64,000 nucleotides of DNA, taken from the NCBI RefSeq assembly GCF_001194135.2, contig NC_068989.1:17009830-17073829 (forward strand), read 5' to 3'. The translations under genes were made by a program, and so were the position numbers. This document shows positions 62,209 to 64,000 of this stretch, in pieces. Every line of letters begins with the position of its first letter. Positions within the stretch are counted from its first letter, which is position 1. This stretch comes from Octopus bimaculoides (Eukaryota). Under the pieces are notes generated by a model. That model did no database searches, was not told the origin of the DNA, and saw only the letters and a program-made list of their open reading frames with translations.

Positions 62209-62385
62209 CTGTTGCTGCATCATACACTTCATCCGTCGCCCACTTTAAGTTTACCATCTTCCCATTAGGCTCCTTAAACAGAGCTCCTCTTGTCACAAAT
62301 ATTCGGATGTGCATTCCAGTTGTAGTGCAGCAACCGATGAAACTCAGATGTCCTGTAACAAGCTCCAGGTCGTGCATTGCTTCCA
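62209..62385 (-). CDS. Candidate internal exon (177 nt, phase 1-1), possibly of the same minus-strand gene
   Basis: Acceptor atcttttttatgcattag, donor CAG|GTACGA. Open frame VEAMHDLELVTGHLSFIGCCTTTGMHIRIFVTRGALFKEPNGKMVNLKWATDEVYDAATG, within ORF 62177..62458. Confidence 0.45.
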
Positions 62386-62559
62386 CTAATGCATAAAAAA
62401 AGATACATGCATATACGCTCACAAACGCGCACAGATGCTCATATACATTCACACACATTTAGTACCTTTGAACGTATAGTAACGTTTGTTTTTGACTATG
62501 TTCAATAACTTTTGTTCAACACGTTCAGTTCATAAGTTCGTTTTAATGTTTTATGATTT

Positions 62560-63100
62560 TTAAGTTCTTGGGATGAACAATGTCAATTTTTGATGATATT
62601 TCTCTGTTTTCTGTATTTTATTTAATTGCTATGCTTCATAATTATAATTATGGGTCGATTAATGTTTGAGATTTGATGTTTGTATTTGTGCTTTGCAAGA
62701 ATAATCAGGTGTAGACATAATTGATAAATATTGCGCTAATCTTTTGGCCCCTGTTTCTTGTCTGTTAATTCCAAGGCAGCTTTTATATTTTATATGCTTC
62801 GACATTGCTGAATTAAATGATACTGCTCAGATGATGAAACCGTGATGATATCCATTAGGCAGCTGAAGATGGGATGTATATGCTTGATGTTTTATTTTTT
62901 ATGTGTGCATGTTGTTTGACAGCCAACCTTTTGTATCTTGTTGTTCTAGGGTGTTCTTCATTGAAATTCTTTCGTTTAGAGTTAAACTCGTTTAGGGAAT
63001 TTTGGATTTCTTGGTTTTTGGTGGTTTTGCTGTATATATTACACCATGCATTGATATTATGTGATTGCCTTCATTAAGCTCCTAACTCTGGAAAAAGTTA
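62560..63100 (-). mobile_element. Decayed Penelope-like GIY-YIG fragment
   Basis: HGVIYTAK...TSLTLNERI, with many stops. Confidence 0.35.
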
Positions 63101-63737
63101 TAGTTATTTAAGGATTTGTAGTTTAGGGAGTTTCTGTTGCATCATATTTAAACGTATACACCTCCCTGTTGACGGATAAAAGAGAATACTCTACACAGTC
63201 GCTTAATCTCGTAGCGATATCAGCTCAGACATCCTTCAAACCACATGCTACCATCAAAATAGGACTTTACATATGCCATATAGACGAGTTTTCCTCACAC
63301 ATTATTACACACGAACCTCGTTAACACTTCATATTTTCTTTTTATTTTATTGTTTATAATGTTGTTATAATGTATATTGATCCCTCTATTTATTATTTTA
63401 CTCTTCATTATTAATAAGATTTTTCGAAATAATTGACCCTGTCTTGTCTGCGTAATCTAATTTATGCTTCGATCCAGCCTGCAAAGCCAAACGTTTTTGA
63501 CACCCATTATGTAGGCTGCTTCCAAAATAACTTCTTCAGTTGGTTGACAATGACTCGGTCGTTAACACGCTACAACCATTAAATCACAATCGTGTTCTTT
63601 TTTCTCATATGCTCCTCAACGGATATTACAGTGACCTCTGATTTTCTGAAACGGATATCATTACATGCCATCTCTTCTCAACGTCTTTACTGTATTTACT
63701 TTCCATTTAGACTACAAAAGCTATGGTTAATGCGCGT

Positions 63738-63773
<36 letters not shown>

Positions 63774-63967
63774 GCACACACGCACAAGCACCCGCGACCG
63801 CGCACACATTCACAAACAGATATAAACATGCAAGTGTAAGCAAGAGAATTAAAAGATTGTAGTCAATATTGAAACTAGAGTGATCTAATTTAAATTATAT
63901 ATGCACGCACATACATAAATATGTAATATATATGTATATAGACACATACATATGTGATTCTATCTAC

Positions 63968-64000
<33 letters not shown>

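Overview
AT-rich, gapped, microsatellite-rich animal genomic DNA. The tRNA-derived SINE families suggest an octopod cephalopod (Octopus-like); this is recognition from memory, not a database search. It contains no CRISPR array, rRNA gene or true tRNA gene. The main gene, which the ORF track misses, is a 9-exon + strand CFAP119/CCDC189 (CLAMP-domain flagellar central-pair protein): join(3658..3708,20383..20414,24665..24730,26948..27117,30597..30667,35549..35665,37705..37762,39459..39557,42422..42615), 858 nt = 285 aa + stop, all GT-AG and phase-compatible. A CpG-rich promoter-like region and an RFX X-box-like site lie upstream. A second, unidentified gene converges on the - strand: its terminal exon (47772->47600) encodes a transmembrane helix and a short tail, with candidate upstream exons near 54.4, 58.4 and 62.3 kb. 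The rest is transposon-derived: nested antisense R4/Dong-type LINE fragments tied to (TAA)n repeats, a Mag-type Gypsy with both LTRs, Penelope-like fragments (one with a long insert in its GIY-YIG motif, plus hammerhead-core-like motifs), RTE and CR1-like fragments, a full-length decayed mariner, a Tc1-like fragment, MITEs, SINEs and two long fold-back palindromes.
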